Origin: Eledone cirrhosa
Lineage: Eukaryota
Assembly (NCBI GenBank): GCA_964016885.1
Contig: OZ024742.1
Location: forward strand, 119,784,001 to 119,848,000
Direction: 5' to 3'
Length of the DNA: 64,000 bases
Within the stretch, counting starts at the first letter, position 1. Each line of letters starts with the position of its first letter. The notes under the pieces are model-generated. The model was not told the origin of the DNA, searched no databases, and saw nothing but the letters and a program-made list of their open reading frames with translations. The position numbers and the translations under genes are program-made. Positions 1 to 12,449 of the stretch are shown here, one piece after another.

Positions 1-696
1 TTTTTCAAAACATATTATATATATTTTGAAGAGACTGAGCAAACTATAGCCTTGGAATAATTACTCTAATGCTTGTTGTTGATCTACAAGATAAAAGTGA
101 TTGATATTCAATATTTTTATTAGCACATAGCTTTTTATTATCAATTTTTAATATCATCTCAGAATGCAAAAGACTATTTTTTCAGGTAAATTATGTAGTC
201 ATGCTCCCAAAAACTATGAGTTAGCAGCATCAAATCAATTGTTTTTATCAGTTTCTCATTGTAGATTATTACCCACAAACATCAATAGAGGGAATACTTT
301 TAACTATAAATTTATATATACATATATATATGTGTGTCTGTGTGTGTATACATATGTGTGTATGTATGTAAAGAGGGAGAGAGAGGCGGTATGTAAAATA
401 TTGATACTGAAAATGGACACTGTTGGTGTTTATGTAGTTTGGGTTTTGCTTTGGAGCCTTAGAAAATAAAGGTCTTGTTTGAAATATTTAAATTTATTTT
501 AATCTCATAACACTCTAGCATTGATCATATTTTAAACCTCATTTACATAATATTTGCCAATGTATGCAAGTCGTAGTTTCTCTCTAACTAGAATAAAGTA
601 TTAAAGCACAGTAAGATTTAGTGTTGTTTGTTATATTGTTGATAGTTTTTGAAAGTCTATTTACTACTCAAAGCAATTACTATCATTTTTTTCCAG

Positions 697-768
697 TTTT
701 CGAAAGAAGCAAGTTTTGTCAGCTGTTTTAATGACACATTTGTGCAAGCTAATTACAGAAATAAAAAG
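697..768 (+). CDS. CACNA2D: alpha-2/delta calcium channel subunit, local exon 1 (VWA domain): FSKEASFVSCFNDTFVQANYRNKK
   Basis: ttttttccAG acceptor and GTTAGT donor; 72 nt, phase 0-0. Resembles vertebrate alpha2delta-1 [23 protein letters not shown] (recalled). Confidence 0.93.
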
Positions 769-873
769 GTTAGTATATTTTCATACATTGAGAATAGGTA
801 ATTCTAAAGCTTAATTGTTTTCTGCAAATATAAAACAATAGCCATCTTGCCTTTTACACGCACACGCGCATGC

Positions 874-917
<44 letters not shown>

Positions 918-954
918 CCTCATTTGTCCATCCATATGAGTATGCATAGATATG

Positions 955-1610
955 CCCAAGACTCGTTGAGAAGTCCTTTTTTCACCAATTTGCTGACAGC
1001 TCTATACTTTCTCAGCTTCAGCTTCTTCTTAACTCATCATCTCCTGGCATGCTCATATGCTAGAGCATGTTTCTTTATGAGACTAGGATTAATGATGAAG
1101 TCTTTTAGGGAGACCATGAGAGAACTGTTGTAGAGTTTATGCTGCCCACCAATTATTCATTTACCCAATACTAACTCCCTATAGAATACATATTTTAGAA
1201 GTCCTCATCCATTCTGACAGTGTGGTCTGCCCAGTGCAGCAGAACTCTGCATAGAAGAATGTGGATGTGAAGTAATATCATACAATTGAGGACCTTAGTT
1301 TCTGGGACCTTATCCTTCCAATAAATGTGCTGCAATTTACACAGACAGCAGAGGATATGTACGTTTCTTGGTATTTCTGCAGTTCATTCACATATAACAA
1401 AGCTAGAATAACAACCCTGTAGAATTTCAATTTGGTTTGGATACTGAGACCCTATCTCCCCCAAACTTTCCTGAGGAGTGTATCAAAGGCAATGCTGGCT
1501 TTGGTATTGATTTTATCATAGATGTAGATGATCCTTGGGAGATGTTGCCAAAATATGCAAACCTGACAAATCCACAGCCATGATTGCTATGTCTTGTACT
1601 TCTTGTGGTG
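955..1610 (-). mobile_element. degenerate RTE-clade LINE 3' fragment
   Basis: Minus strand shows decayed RTE C-terminal motifs (LHWADH, resembling LRWAGH) with stops and frameshifts. Confidence 0.55.
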
Positions 1611-1978
1611 GGGGTGTCTGATTGGTAACATGACTTTGTGCATCTCAGACACTAAACTTTCATTGAAAGAACATTCAACTACAAACAGAAACTCACAAAC
1701 TGCAAATTTCTTCATCTGATAATGTCTGATAAAGCTATTCTGGATACATCAGTCAGCATGGCTGTAACCAAAAAACATACATAAAAACACAGGGGCCAAC
1801 ACAATCAAATTTAACATTGTGGTTTGGAATATTGCTATTGACTCTCAATCATCAATTACACTGGCAAATCTGCCCCCATAGAATAACCATACTAGGATAA
1901 TATATTGGCACTGGTACACATACAGTTACACATTTTCAATCATGTAGTTCTTAATCACTATTTTTGTTTCATTATTTT

Positions 1979-2165
1979 CGGTGGATTGATTGGCAGTATT
2001 GGTAGAGCGTCAGAAACCATGCTTTGCAGCACATAGTTATGGCCCTTTACGTTCTGAGTTCTAATCCTGCCAAAGTTAACTTTGCCTTTCGTTCTTACTG
2101 GGTTGATAAAATAAAGCACCAGTAATGCGGTGGGGTAATTGCTGGCCTTGTGCCAAAAGTATAGA
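1979..2165 (+). mobile_element. SINE, family A (probably tRNA-derived)
   Basis: Reverse complement of the repeat copies clustered at 10750-11920 (gttctgagttctaatcctgcc...ttgcctttc...gataaaataaag...ggccttgtgcc). Confidence 0.75.
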
Positions 2166-2199
2166 AACAAATATTTTGTTTTGTAACATTTGTTACTTG

Positions 2200-2670
2200 A
2201 GTTCTTCTGAGAGGGTCATGGGGGCAGAGTCCTCAAACACTCCTTCCAGCTGGTCCTGTCTGAAGCAACCGTCTCTAATTAATCTGGCTGGATCACCAAG
2301 CATGACCAGTCAAGCTCATGGATGTTATCCAACCATCTTGCTCGGGGACTACCCCTGGGTCTCTTGCCGGTTGGTTTTGTCCGTAAAATCTGTCCAGCAA
2401 TCCTTTCCTGAGACATTCTAACCACAAGCCCATAATATCGGAGCTGTGATCTCTCAATTCAGAGAAGTAGCAGCTCTACCTGGAGAGACAGTAAAAGCGT
2501 CCAAAGTTAAGACATGGGAGGACTTTGGGGTTAGGTTGAAATCTGACTTCAGATCAGCAAATAAAGTGTTCTGGCAGACCATCCGCCAACTTTGTAATAA
2601 GAAGCCCTCCTCCACACCTTCTATCAAGAATGCATCCTTGTTGAGAGAAAACTTTGCTAATCCCCTAAAC
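2200..2670. mobile_element. RTE-like LINE fragment with an internal inversion
   Basis: 2200-2478 is homologous to 60075-60345 (LINE 3' end, minus strand). 2480-2670 encodes an ORF2-like piece, VKASKVKTWEDFGVRLKSDFRSANKVFWQTIRQL, on the plus strand. Confidence 0.65.
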
Positions 2671-2791
2671 CCAATGTTATTTGAATTCACTTTGCAAATA
2701 TATAAAATATTATAGATATCATGAAGGTTTGTAATTATTTTGTCATTGTTGTTGTTGCTTATAAAATTCTCATTATCATTGATTCTACTAG

Positions 2792-2881
2792 ATACTTACA
2801 AAGGCTGTGGAAAATCTTACAGCAAGGGATATGGCAAATTTTAAGAGGGGATTTGAATTTGCTTTTAAAGAATTTGAAAAG
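2792..2881 (+). CDS. CACNA2D: alpha-2/delta local exon 2 (VWA): ILTKAVENLTARDMANFKRGFEFAFKEFEK
   Basis: ctAG acceptor, GTACGG donor; 90 nt, phase 0-0. Matches [28 protein letters not shown] of alpha2delta-1. Confidence 0.92.
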
Positions 2882-3304
2882 GTACGGCATACAAAAATTA
2901 TTACCTTTTCTTTTATTTTGTATTATTTTTAATTTTTTCAGGTGACATTATGAATGGGATTAATATTTAATTAGCAAATTTTCTCAAGCCAATGTGCAAA
3001 TTACAGTATATAAAGACATTTATTTATGAATAATAGAGCTTGCGCAATGTTTTTTCAAAATTTTTATTTCACCCATATATTTTTTCAACTTATCCTTAAC
3101 ATACTAGAATAATATGTTTGAACTTTTTCATTTTAGATGTGATTTAATAAATCTGTTAGGATATAACTATATATGTGTGTGAGAGTATGCATATATATGT
3201 GTATGCATGTGTGTATATATATATATATGTGTGTGTGTGTATGTATGTGCATGTGTTTATATATATATATACATATATATATATAGCTAGTCTCTAAAGT
3301 CTGG

Positions 3305-3580
3305 CTCAAGCCCAGAGTCTCACCCGGCCGGTGCTTATCCCAATTTCCATGGCGTTAAGCAACTGAAAGTACAATACTAACCCTTGGACAGGACACCAGA
3401 CCATTGCAGGGTTAAACTCTCAACTATTGCTAGTATTCATTTTCAGTTGAGTATACTGGAAAAACATGAAATGAAGTCTTTTGTTCAAGAACACAACACA
3501 CAACCCAGTCCAGGAATTGAACCCACAACTTTATGGTCATAAGTCAAACACCCTTACCACTAGGTCACGTGCTTCCATAT
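3305..3580 (-). mobile_element. tRNA-derived SINE, family B
   Basis: Minus strand reads ggaagcacgtgacctagtggtaagggtg...gggttcaattcctggac (A/B-box-like). Shares its head with 36950 and 43690. Confidence 0.7.
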
Positions 3581-3870
3581 ATACATATATATATCTTATG
3601 AGACATTTGAGCAAGTGACATTGCAGCAAAAATATTGGGGATCTGCGTGTTACAATGAGATCAGGAACTTTGAGTCCAGTTGTATCCATAGGCTACAAGA
3701 AGCAGGAGGGAGGAGAAAATCATTATCAAACATACCAGCAATATTATCCAGTAAACCTCACCCTTGCAGGATCTGGGAACTTGCTTGCAAATCCTTGGCT
3801 GGTCTAAAGTGTCATACCTGATATAAACATCCAAACTGAATGAACTGAATAGGTTGTTTGGATCCTTATA

Positions 3871-4526
3871 TACTTGGCGTAGCAATAAAGTCTTTAGAAT
3901 AGTATTCTGTCTGCCATATATAGCAGTAAATGTAGTTAATATTAGTTGGAATTTGAACTTTGTTGTACAAGTGTGATATTCTGTATGAATGTGTATTTTG
4001 TCACAGGCCCATGCATAATTATTTTGTTGTCATTCTTGTGAGTTTATAATACACACATCGAATGGATTTAAGTAAAGAAAATTTTAGATCATGTGTTTTC
4101 ATTGAATGGAAATGAGGCAAATCAGCAACAAATATTGTACAATTGAAGGAGAGTGGAATTAACAACATTCCATCAAATTCAACCATTTATCATTGGCCGT
4201 CTTTGCACAACCACTATTCATGCCAAACTCATTCATTAATGCAGAACCAAAACAATCATTGTGTTGCATTGCACATGTTACTGGAATAAACAAAGAAAAT
4301 TTGTTTTTGCTTCATTAGAAGAGGTGGTGGATGAATCGTTGCACTGATTTCAACAATTGCCGAAAGAACGATTCCAGAGAGAGTTAAATGCTTTGCATAA
4401 GCACTGTAAAGATGTTATTGCCCTCAATGGAGATTATGTTTTGCAGAATAAATAAATTTTAGTTTCAATATATTGTGCATTTTCATTTAAAAGGTTATTG
4501 TAAGGAATTTATTGCCACGCCAAGTA
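3871..4526 (+). mobile_element. internally deleted mariner-type DNA transposon
   Basis: Terminal inverted repeats TActtggcgtagcaataaa and tttattgccacgccaagTA with TA ends. Transposase remnants FRSCVFIEW (N-terminal) and VIALNGDYV (C-terminal). Confidence 0.8.
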
Positions 4527-4710
4527 TATATATATTTATGTTGTATGGTTTTGTTAATAGGTAGCTGGGTTTGTGATCTAGCTTCAACAATGAAAGTGTG
4601 ATATTAATTTGTGTTAAATTATTGATTTTTTAATGTATTTTCATATTATTTATTTATCTTTTCCATTTCATTATTTGTTACTTACTCTTCAATAATTCAC
4701 TTCATTATAG

Positions 4711-4836
4711 TTCAGGAATAAGTCTAAACAAAATGGAGTAGGAGCTCAATGCAATGAAGTTATTATGTTACTTACTGATGGTGGGACAGATAATGCTAAA
4801 GATGTTTTTGATAAATATAATTGGCCAAATAAGACG
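4711..4836 (+). CDS. CACNA2D: alpha-2/delta local exon 3 (VWA, MIDAS Asp): FRNKSKQNGVGAQCNEVIMLLTDGGTDNAKDVFDKYNWPNKT
   Basis: ttatAG acceptor, GTATGT donor; 126 nt, phase 0-0. Contains the family hallmark CN.xIML.TDG..F.KYNW. Confidence 0.96.
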
Positions 4837-4967
4837 GTATGTATATTTTCTTACATTGGGAAGGCAGCATTTTAAAACTCATTTCTTGTTGTTTAACCAC
4901 AATTCAAACCTGATTGAACAAACCTATGATCAAAGGTTTTCCAGTCATAACCATCATATCTGTTTTT

Positions 4968-5657
4968 AATATATTGTATATCTAGGTCCACATTTACCAA
5001 TACAGTCCTCTTCCTATTTTAATATACAGTATATCTAGGTCCACATTTACCAATACAGTCCTCTTCCTGTTTTAATATACAGTATATCTAGGTCCACATT
5101 TACCAATACAGTCCTCTCCCTGTTTTAATATACAGTATATCTAGGTCCACATTTACCAATACAGTCCTCTTCCTGTTTTAATATACAGTATATCTAGGTT
5201 CACATTTACCAATACAGTCCTCTTCCTGTTTTAATATACAGTATATCTAGGTTCACATTTACCAATACAGTCCTCTCCCTGTTTTAATATACAGTATATC
5301 TAGGTCCACATTCATCAATACAGTCCTCTTCCTGTTTTAATATACAGTATATCTAGGTCCACATTTACCAATACAGTCCTCTTCCTGTTTTAATATACAG
5401 TATATCTAGGTCCACATTTACCAATACAGTCCTCTTCCTGTTTTAATATACAGTATATCTAGGTCCACATTTACCAATACAGTCCTCTTCCTGTTTTAGT
5501 ATACAGTATATCTAGGTCCACATTTACCAATACAGTCCTCTTCCTGTTTTAATATACAGTATATCTAGGTCCACATTTACCAATACAGTCCTCTTCCTGT
5601 TTTAGTATATAGTATATCTAGGTCCACATTTATCAATGCAATCTTCCTTCCTTTTTT
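4968..5657 (+). repeat. 53-bp minisatellite, about 13 copies
   Basis: Unit aatatacagtatatctaggtccacatttaccaatacagtcctcttcctgtttt starts at 4968, 5021, 5074, 5127 and so on; nearly identical copies, no spacers. Confidence 0.97.
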
Positions 5658-7269
5658 TAAAATAGTAGGTCGAGCAACTACATGGAAAGTTCCCTAAATA
5701 ATTTTAGAGTCTTAAATCCTGCCTCTTGTCACTAGAAAAGTGATAGCATTTTTTTCCATGATTTTCAACAAATGGATAATATCAGCAGTGGAAAAAACCT
5801 AAAGAACTAAAAAAACAGTATCCTTGGTTCTTTCTGGAAAATCGGCTTCTTTCCTTTCTTGATGATGATGATGATGATATATATAAACTTAAGAAAATTA
5901 ACAGAGAAGACGGGACAAAAACGGAAACAAGGCAAAACAAAAAACAATTTTTTTAGAGGACTTTTTATTTTAATTATTTTTTTAAAATAAAATACAAACG
6001 AAGGACACAGAGCTCCTTGGTTATTAGCCATTGACGTGGACTTTGGCAGTTTTGACCCCTACCAATGGTACTGCTAGTTTACCCAGGGTCCCAGCATCTG
6101 ACATAAGCCAAACACTGTCCAGTGGAGTAAGCAACAAGAGACAAAACATTAATTTATAGCAATTAATCTACAAGTATACACAGAATTTTATGTGATGTTA
6201 TAGCATGAGATTCATGAATGAAACAAAGAAAAAAAGGAAGAAGAAAGTAAGATAACGTTTTAAAAAATATAAGCCATTGTAATAAATGGGGAGAGAAGAG
6301 ATAAACACATTCGTCACATTAGTATTGATAAACTTAAATCAGGATAGATTCAGTTAGAAACTGATTGGACCATTACTCACCAGTGTACTTGATATTTGGG
6401 GTAGTAGAGTATAGTTATATGAAAGAGTTGGGACCCCAATGGCTGAGCTCTTGCCGTTTCAACAGCTAATTCTATACTGAATGCCAAAGGCATTGGTAGT
6501 TAACTGACTGTCTCATTAGGAGACGTCATTTATCCAAATAAGGGCATACATTGTACTTAAGAAAATTAACAAAGAGAACAAGGCAAGGTTTACATTTTCA
6601 GACTTCTGTGATTGTCTTATGGACATGTGTTGTTAAATATTAATGTTATTTAATAGATTCTGAAGAGATTAATATAGCAGGAATGAATATTCCTGTTATT
6701 TTGATTGAAACATTCATCAATCAATTAAATGATTTAATTTAAATCCTGGTTATTTTTTATTCATGTATGTATATGAAGTTTGTGTATTTGTATATGTAAG
6801 CATACATATTAATGTACATTAGTTCCATTATCTAAGATGGTATGGTATGGTTGGTGGGTTATTTGACTGCTATTTCTAGTATATCAAGTGGCTACATAAT
6901 AGTTTCCTCATTGGCTCTTAATAAAAGTAAGTTTGTTGTAAAACAATTATGGTTTCATATTTGAAATAAAAATATTGGTAGATGGTTGGACATTTCTTAG
7001 AGTGAATTCAAGTATTTTAGATTATGCCATGAAATATAATCTGAGAATAGTAAATGGAGTTTTTTACTTCTCTTTATTCTTATATCTCCTAAATATTATG
7101 ACATTGATGTTTTCAGTGAGTCATAGATGAGAAAATTGTAATAAATGTTTAGTTGTCTAGATATAAATGTTTGGTTGTCTAGATATAAATTTCATCATGA
7201 AATGTGAGTGTGTCAGTGAAACATATACATATACACCAGGTCCAAACAGAAAGGAACCAAACTCCCACT

Positions 7270-7530
7270 ATCACTGCCTCCGTCTCTCCCATTCTCCCAT
7301 CTCTCACTATTATGAGCAAATGGGGGCCCATGTGTTGGCCACCCCGTGGGCCAAGGACACCAAAAGTCTCCATTGCTACAGACCCAAGTGCAAACCCGAG
7401 AGTGACCGATATTTGGCTCAAAGTGCACCAGGTTGCCACTGAAGAATGTGTTGTTGCATGTGGCATCCCAGATGAGGATTTTACCAAGGCAGAACGGGAA
7501 GATGGTGGTGATGTCTGGCATTTATGAAAC
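7270..7530 (-). mobile_element. non-LTR retrotransposon fragment, restriction-like endonuclease domain (CRE/NeSL-type)
   Basis: PDITTIFPFCLGKILIWDATC and, in another frame, VAMETFGVLGP (PD-D-E..G RLE motif); frameshifted. Confidence 0.7.
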
Positions 7531-7725
7531 GTTATTGTTTAATCTTAATGTGTAATTATTTGGTGGGATAATGGATTGACAGATGTTAAATAAACACTTT
7601 TTTGTATTAATTAAATACCTTATATACTCTGTTTAAATATAACTATGGTTGACTTTGCCCAACTTAACGCAATTTATATTCAATACCAGGTTGTAATAAT
7701 AGCTGTTTATTTCTTTTTATTAAAG

Positions 7726-7804
7726 GTAAGAGTGTTCACGTATGCTGTAGGTCCTACTGCAAATCCTACATCTGCTATACGTTGGATGGCCTGTAGTAAT
7801 CGAG
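7726..7804 (+). CDS. CACNA2D: alpha-2/delta local exon 4 (VWA): VRVFTYAVGPTANPTSAIRWMACSNR(G)
   Basis: taaAG acceptor, GTAATC donor; 79 nt, phase 0-1. VRVFTY.VG...WMAC.N motif. Confidence 0.96.
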
Positions 7805-8525
7805 GTAATCTTATTTGATGATGCTTTCAGTGTTTCAATATTAATTATATTTTTATAATTTGATTAAGATCTGTAACCATTACAAATCTGATTGATTAAG
7901 ATCTGTAACTATTGTAGATTTGAAAAGTTCTTAAAATGATTAGATGGGTTGTCCAGAGTATAAATGACATTGATTGAAGTGCTGAGTTTTTTATATTTTG
8001 TTGTCTGGCCATAGCTTTTTCTTACCATGCCAATCACAGCTGTATTTTTAGCAAACTTTACTTTTTTGTACATCTGTAATTGCAAATTAAAAATAAAATA
8101 CTTAAATCTTCGTAGATAACCACTTGATGTCAACTATAAGTATCATTACAAAGTAACTCTCACAACCAAAAATATCTCATTTAAATAATATATTCTGTTA
8201 CTATCAGAAGTTTAGTATCTGTTTTTTTTGTTTTTTTTTTATTATTGAGATTACTTTATGGCACACATTTTAAAGCTGGTGGCAAGCAATGCAAAGGTTT
8301 AATACAGAAGTTTCGTAATGTAGTTAATATTTATTGATATTAAATGTGATTGGTGTAATCCAATGTAAAGATGAGTTCAAATATTATGTACAGTATATTG
8401 AACATACATGTATTTTATATCATTGTAAAAGGCCTAATAGTCTAAGGCTGCTAGATTTGGAGAATTTGTTAGTAGTCTGATAATGTTGATAATTATATTG
8501 ATTGTTGTGGATTTTATTTTTTCAG

Positions 8526-8575
8526 GATATTTTTCACAGATTCCAGCTATGGGTGCTATACGATCCAAAGTTCAA
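8526..8575 (+). CDS. CACNA2D: alpha-2/delta local exon 5 (end of VWA): (G)YFSQIPAMGAIRSKVQ
   Basis: ttttcAG acceptor, GTAAGT donor; 50 nt, phase 1-0, completing the Gly codon split from exon 4. Matches GYYYEIPSIGAIRINTQ. Confidence 0.95.
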
Positions 8576-9904
8576 GTAAGTTATCAAAAATTCTTAATCG
8601 AAATTCAATTAAAATCTAAAATATTAAAACAATGTTAATTTCTGATATTATTCAATAATTGCTTGCATTTTAAATACTTCTTTCAATCTAAATATTTATC
8701 AGTAAATTAATTTGATTTCAAAATATTTCTTAAATTCTACGAGACATTTCATCAATTGTAATAAGTTCTTTTTCAAACATCTATTCATTAAATGCAAATG
8801 TTGATTATTCTATAAATGTAGCATGATTCTATAAAAAATTACATTTTTTTCCAGGTGTCATTCAGAAAATGTCTTAAATCATATTTTACCACTTCCCGAT
8901 TAAAATTAAATTATATGAATGTTAAATAATTCAGATTATTTTTTTTTCATAAATTACAGGTTTACTTATGGAAATTAAATCTAATTTGCTTTGTTTTAAA
9001 TTTAGCATATAAAAACATATATATATATATCAGCTGTTTATAACGGATTTATAAGATATTCTTTGCATGAAAACAAAAACAGGAAGAGCAGTTAATTAAA
9101 TCCAAAGGAATCTTGCACCTTCATGGGGTTTTAACATTCAATGAAACGGAAAATGTTTTTTTGGCTTGTTTAACTCTCGGCTAGTTTCAATATGCATTGA
9201 TTCTTGTTATCATTATTCTTTCAAAGCATTGATTTTTAAAAAAATTGTTTTTAGAATTTAAAAAAGAAACAAAACAATTATGAAAAGTAATTAAATCTTA
9301 GGGAGGTTCTACTCGCTAAAGTAATACAATATTTGAATTAATCATAGATAAGCAGCTCTTTTATTTAGTGTCATGTGAAAGAAGACATTTTTGTTTTTTA
9401 ATTTCTACTTCAAAATGAAAGTTATGTCTAAGTTGAGGAAAAAATTATGTATTTTTGCAATGGCTCATATTTAATCTTTCAAAATACTAAAACATTAATG
9501 ACTGCAGTACCAATAAAAATTTAGATAAATGATAAATATATATATATATTTATTGTCTATAATATTAATGCAGTATAGGTAGATATGCTTTAAGCTTTTC
9601 ATGTTTCTCAAACAATGTTATTTAGCAATGCAATTTGATATGTTAGAAACTTTGGAAGAAAATAGCAATTTTGAACCCAAATTGGTAAGAAATCAAATTC
9701 TTGATTTAATTAACTAGGTTTATTTAAAATTTATCTAACTGGATAACACATCATCATTCTCATCATTTAATTCCAACTACCAAGATTGTTTTAATTGTGT
9801 TGTTTATCAGTATTCCATTTCAATATGATTTCAGTATACTATCCTTCTCCATTATAGAGTGTGGTTGAGAAAGAAATAGAAAGCTGTAAAAACATTTTCT
9901 GGTG

Positions 9905-10118
9905 CTAGTTGTTATTTAGCCTTAGGTCTGCTCTAATTGAACAGAGCTATGGTCAAAGGCATTTTAGCTGTAACCATCCCATTTTCCCCACACATACTAT
10001 AGCCAAAACTATATTGTACTGTATGGTCATCCATTTTCTTAGATGGTAGTATGTAAGTTGAGGGAGACTTGGTTGCTATTTATAGCTGATCGAAAAACCA
10101 TTAGATGCTCCCTCATAT
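9905..10118 (+). repeat. dispersed repeat, family C (other copies near 4888-5695, 6830-6915, 23033-23212, 39925-40095)
   Basis: Shared motifs ttgtttaacc...ctatgatcaaaggc...accatcc...agatggtag...gagatttggctgctatttctag. Confidence 0.65.
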
Positions 10119-10749
10119 CTAAGACTAGTTGTTAAATACATTGCATAAGGGTAATTTCTTTAGTAGTAAACAAATATTAAATAGTGGTTTGTTTTATGAA
10201 TACTCTGTTTGGAAAGGTTATTTATTCTGACAACATCAAAATGAGATGACCTACTGCAAATGGAATTATTCCAATTTATGGCTTTAGTTACTTAATCTGC
10301 TACATTAGAATAATTTTCAGCTGTTTTTTTCCTCTTTGCCTATATAAAATGTGTTTTGTAAAACATATCTGCTCTTTTTCATCTTCAATTAAGACATCAT
10401 TTCACATTTGTCAATTCCTGTTTTTAAACCCTGTATAAAAGATTGCATTTTTAGGAATGACCTTATTCCATGCATGTTCTATCAAGATGTTTTAAAACAT
10501 TAAAATAACTTCTTTGTAAGCATAAAATTGAGTTCCTGTCATAGTTTTTAACTCTAAAACAGTTTGTAAACATTCACTGTAGGTCAACCCGTTTTCTTCA
10601 GAAAATTAATAAAAAAAAAAAGAGAAAACGTACTAATTCAGCTGTTACTATTACTGCTGTTATTATTACTGCATTTACTAATGTTCATACTGCTATTACA
10701 ACTAACAACTATCAGTATGCCTAACACTACAAATAATAATAATAATAAT

Positions 10750-11925
10750 AGTTGTTTCTACTTTTGGCACAAGGCCAGCAATTATCCCAATACATTACTG
10801 GTACTTTATTTTATCGACCCCATAAGGATGAAAGGCAAAGTTAACCTTGGCAGGATTTGAACTCAGACCGTAAAGGGCCGTAACTCTATGCTGAAAAAAA
10901 TGTATCCAACCCTCTACCGATACTGCCATACCACTACCCTAATAATAACAATAATGATTTCTAATTTAAACACATATCAAGCAATTTTAGGGTGGAGGAG
11001 GTCAATTAAATTATCCCCAGTACTTGACTAGTACTTTATCTTATCAACCCTAGAAAGATGAACAGCAATGTTAATCTTGATGTGATTTAAACTTCAGATG
11101 TAAAGCATCAGAACAAAAAACTGATTGGTTGATGCGTTAACAATTCTGCCAATCCATTACCTTAATATAACGGTTTCTGATTTAGGTGCAAGGCCAACAA
11201 TTTTAGGGGGAGTGGAAAGTCGATTAAATCAATTCCCGTGCTTTACTGGTACTTTATTTTATCGACCCTGCAAGGATGAGAGACAAATTAACCTTGCTGG
11301 GATTTGAACTCGGAATGTAAAAGGCTGTAACTATATGCTGCAAAGCATGTTGTTCAATACTCTACCAATACTATAATAATAGCATTAAGTCAGCCAAAAC
11401 TTTGGATGAAATTTGAAAATTATAGGCCCCAAAAGATGAATTCTGAAGTCACTCTGCTCATAGGATAAAATAATTGTTTCTACTTTAGGCACAAGGCCAA
11501 CAATTACCCAGTGCATTACTGGTACTTTATTTTATTGACCCCGTAAGGATGAAAGGCAAAGTCAACCTCGGCGGGATTTGAACTCAGATCGTAAAGGGAC
11601 GTAACTATGCTGGAAAGCATGGTGTCCGACCCTCTACTGATACTGCCAATCCACCGCTCATAGGATAAAATTAAATACTGCAAGACATTTTCTTGGTGGC
11701 TCAACCAATTCCGATTACCACTAATAATGATAGTAATAATAGTAATAATTACAACAATAATAATTGTTTCTATACTTGCTTAGCTTTTCCTTTAAAGTTG
11801 GCTTATTATGTTGGCTCCTGTATTTAACTGGCAAAGTTTGAACTCATAATGTAAAAGGGATGTAACTAAATACCCCAAAACCATTTTGACCAACCCTCCA
11901 ATGGTTCTACCTATCCACCACCCAA
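10750..11925 (-). mobile_element. tandem cluster of about 5-6 family A SINE copies
   Basis: Repeated ggcacaaggcca...ctggtactttattttatcgaccc...ggatgaaaggcaaagt...ggatttgaactcag at about 10765, 10970, 11185, 11487 and 11830, separated by (aat)n. Confidence 0.85.
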
Positions 11926-12365
11926 ATGATAATAATTGCAATCATGAAGTTTAAAATATATTAGGAATTCTGGAGTGTTTTCTGGTACACTAAATATAAT
12001 GCATATTTCTTTTTATGATATAAAGTGTCTTCGTTAATGATATTTTCAAACCAGCAATAAAAGATTATTGATTAAAGAAAGAAAACAGCATGAAAGGAAT
12101 TTCACGAACAAAAATTTTCTCTTATTTATTAATTATATGCAAAAAATAAGAATCGATGCATATTTACTACAAAATATCTAAATAAATGATTTCATTTATT
12201 ACTGAATTTAAAAAGAAAATGATTATAAAAATTTTACTTTTGAAAAATTTATCATTTTTTAAAAACAATGTTTGATATTTTGGTTGCAATCCATGTAAAA
12301 TATGTTGGTACTGCTACGTGTAATGTATGTGACTTAAGCTCTGCTTGCTATGTTATTTATTCCAG

Positions 12366-12449
12366 CACTATATAGGAGTTCTAGCTCGACCTTTGGCCCT
12401 TAATCATTCTGAATACATCAAGTGGGCTGGGGTTTACCAGGATAGCCAT
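12366..12449 (+). CDS. CACNA2D: alpha-2/delta alternative exon 6A: HYIGVLARPLALNHSEYIKWAGVYQDSH
   Basis: tattccAG acceptor, GTAAGC donor; 84 nt, phase 0-0. Matches EYLDVLGRPMVL...VQWTNVYLDAL. Confidence 0.93.

Noticed and set aside
4968-5657. CRISPR-like regular array
   Set aside because: Contiguous 53-bp units with no unique spacers, no cas genes, and a eukaryotic intron context.
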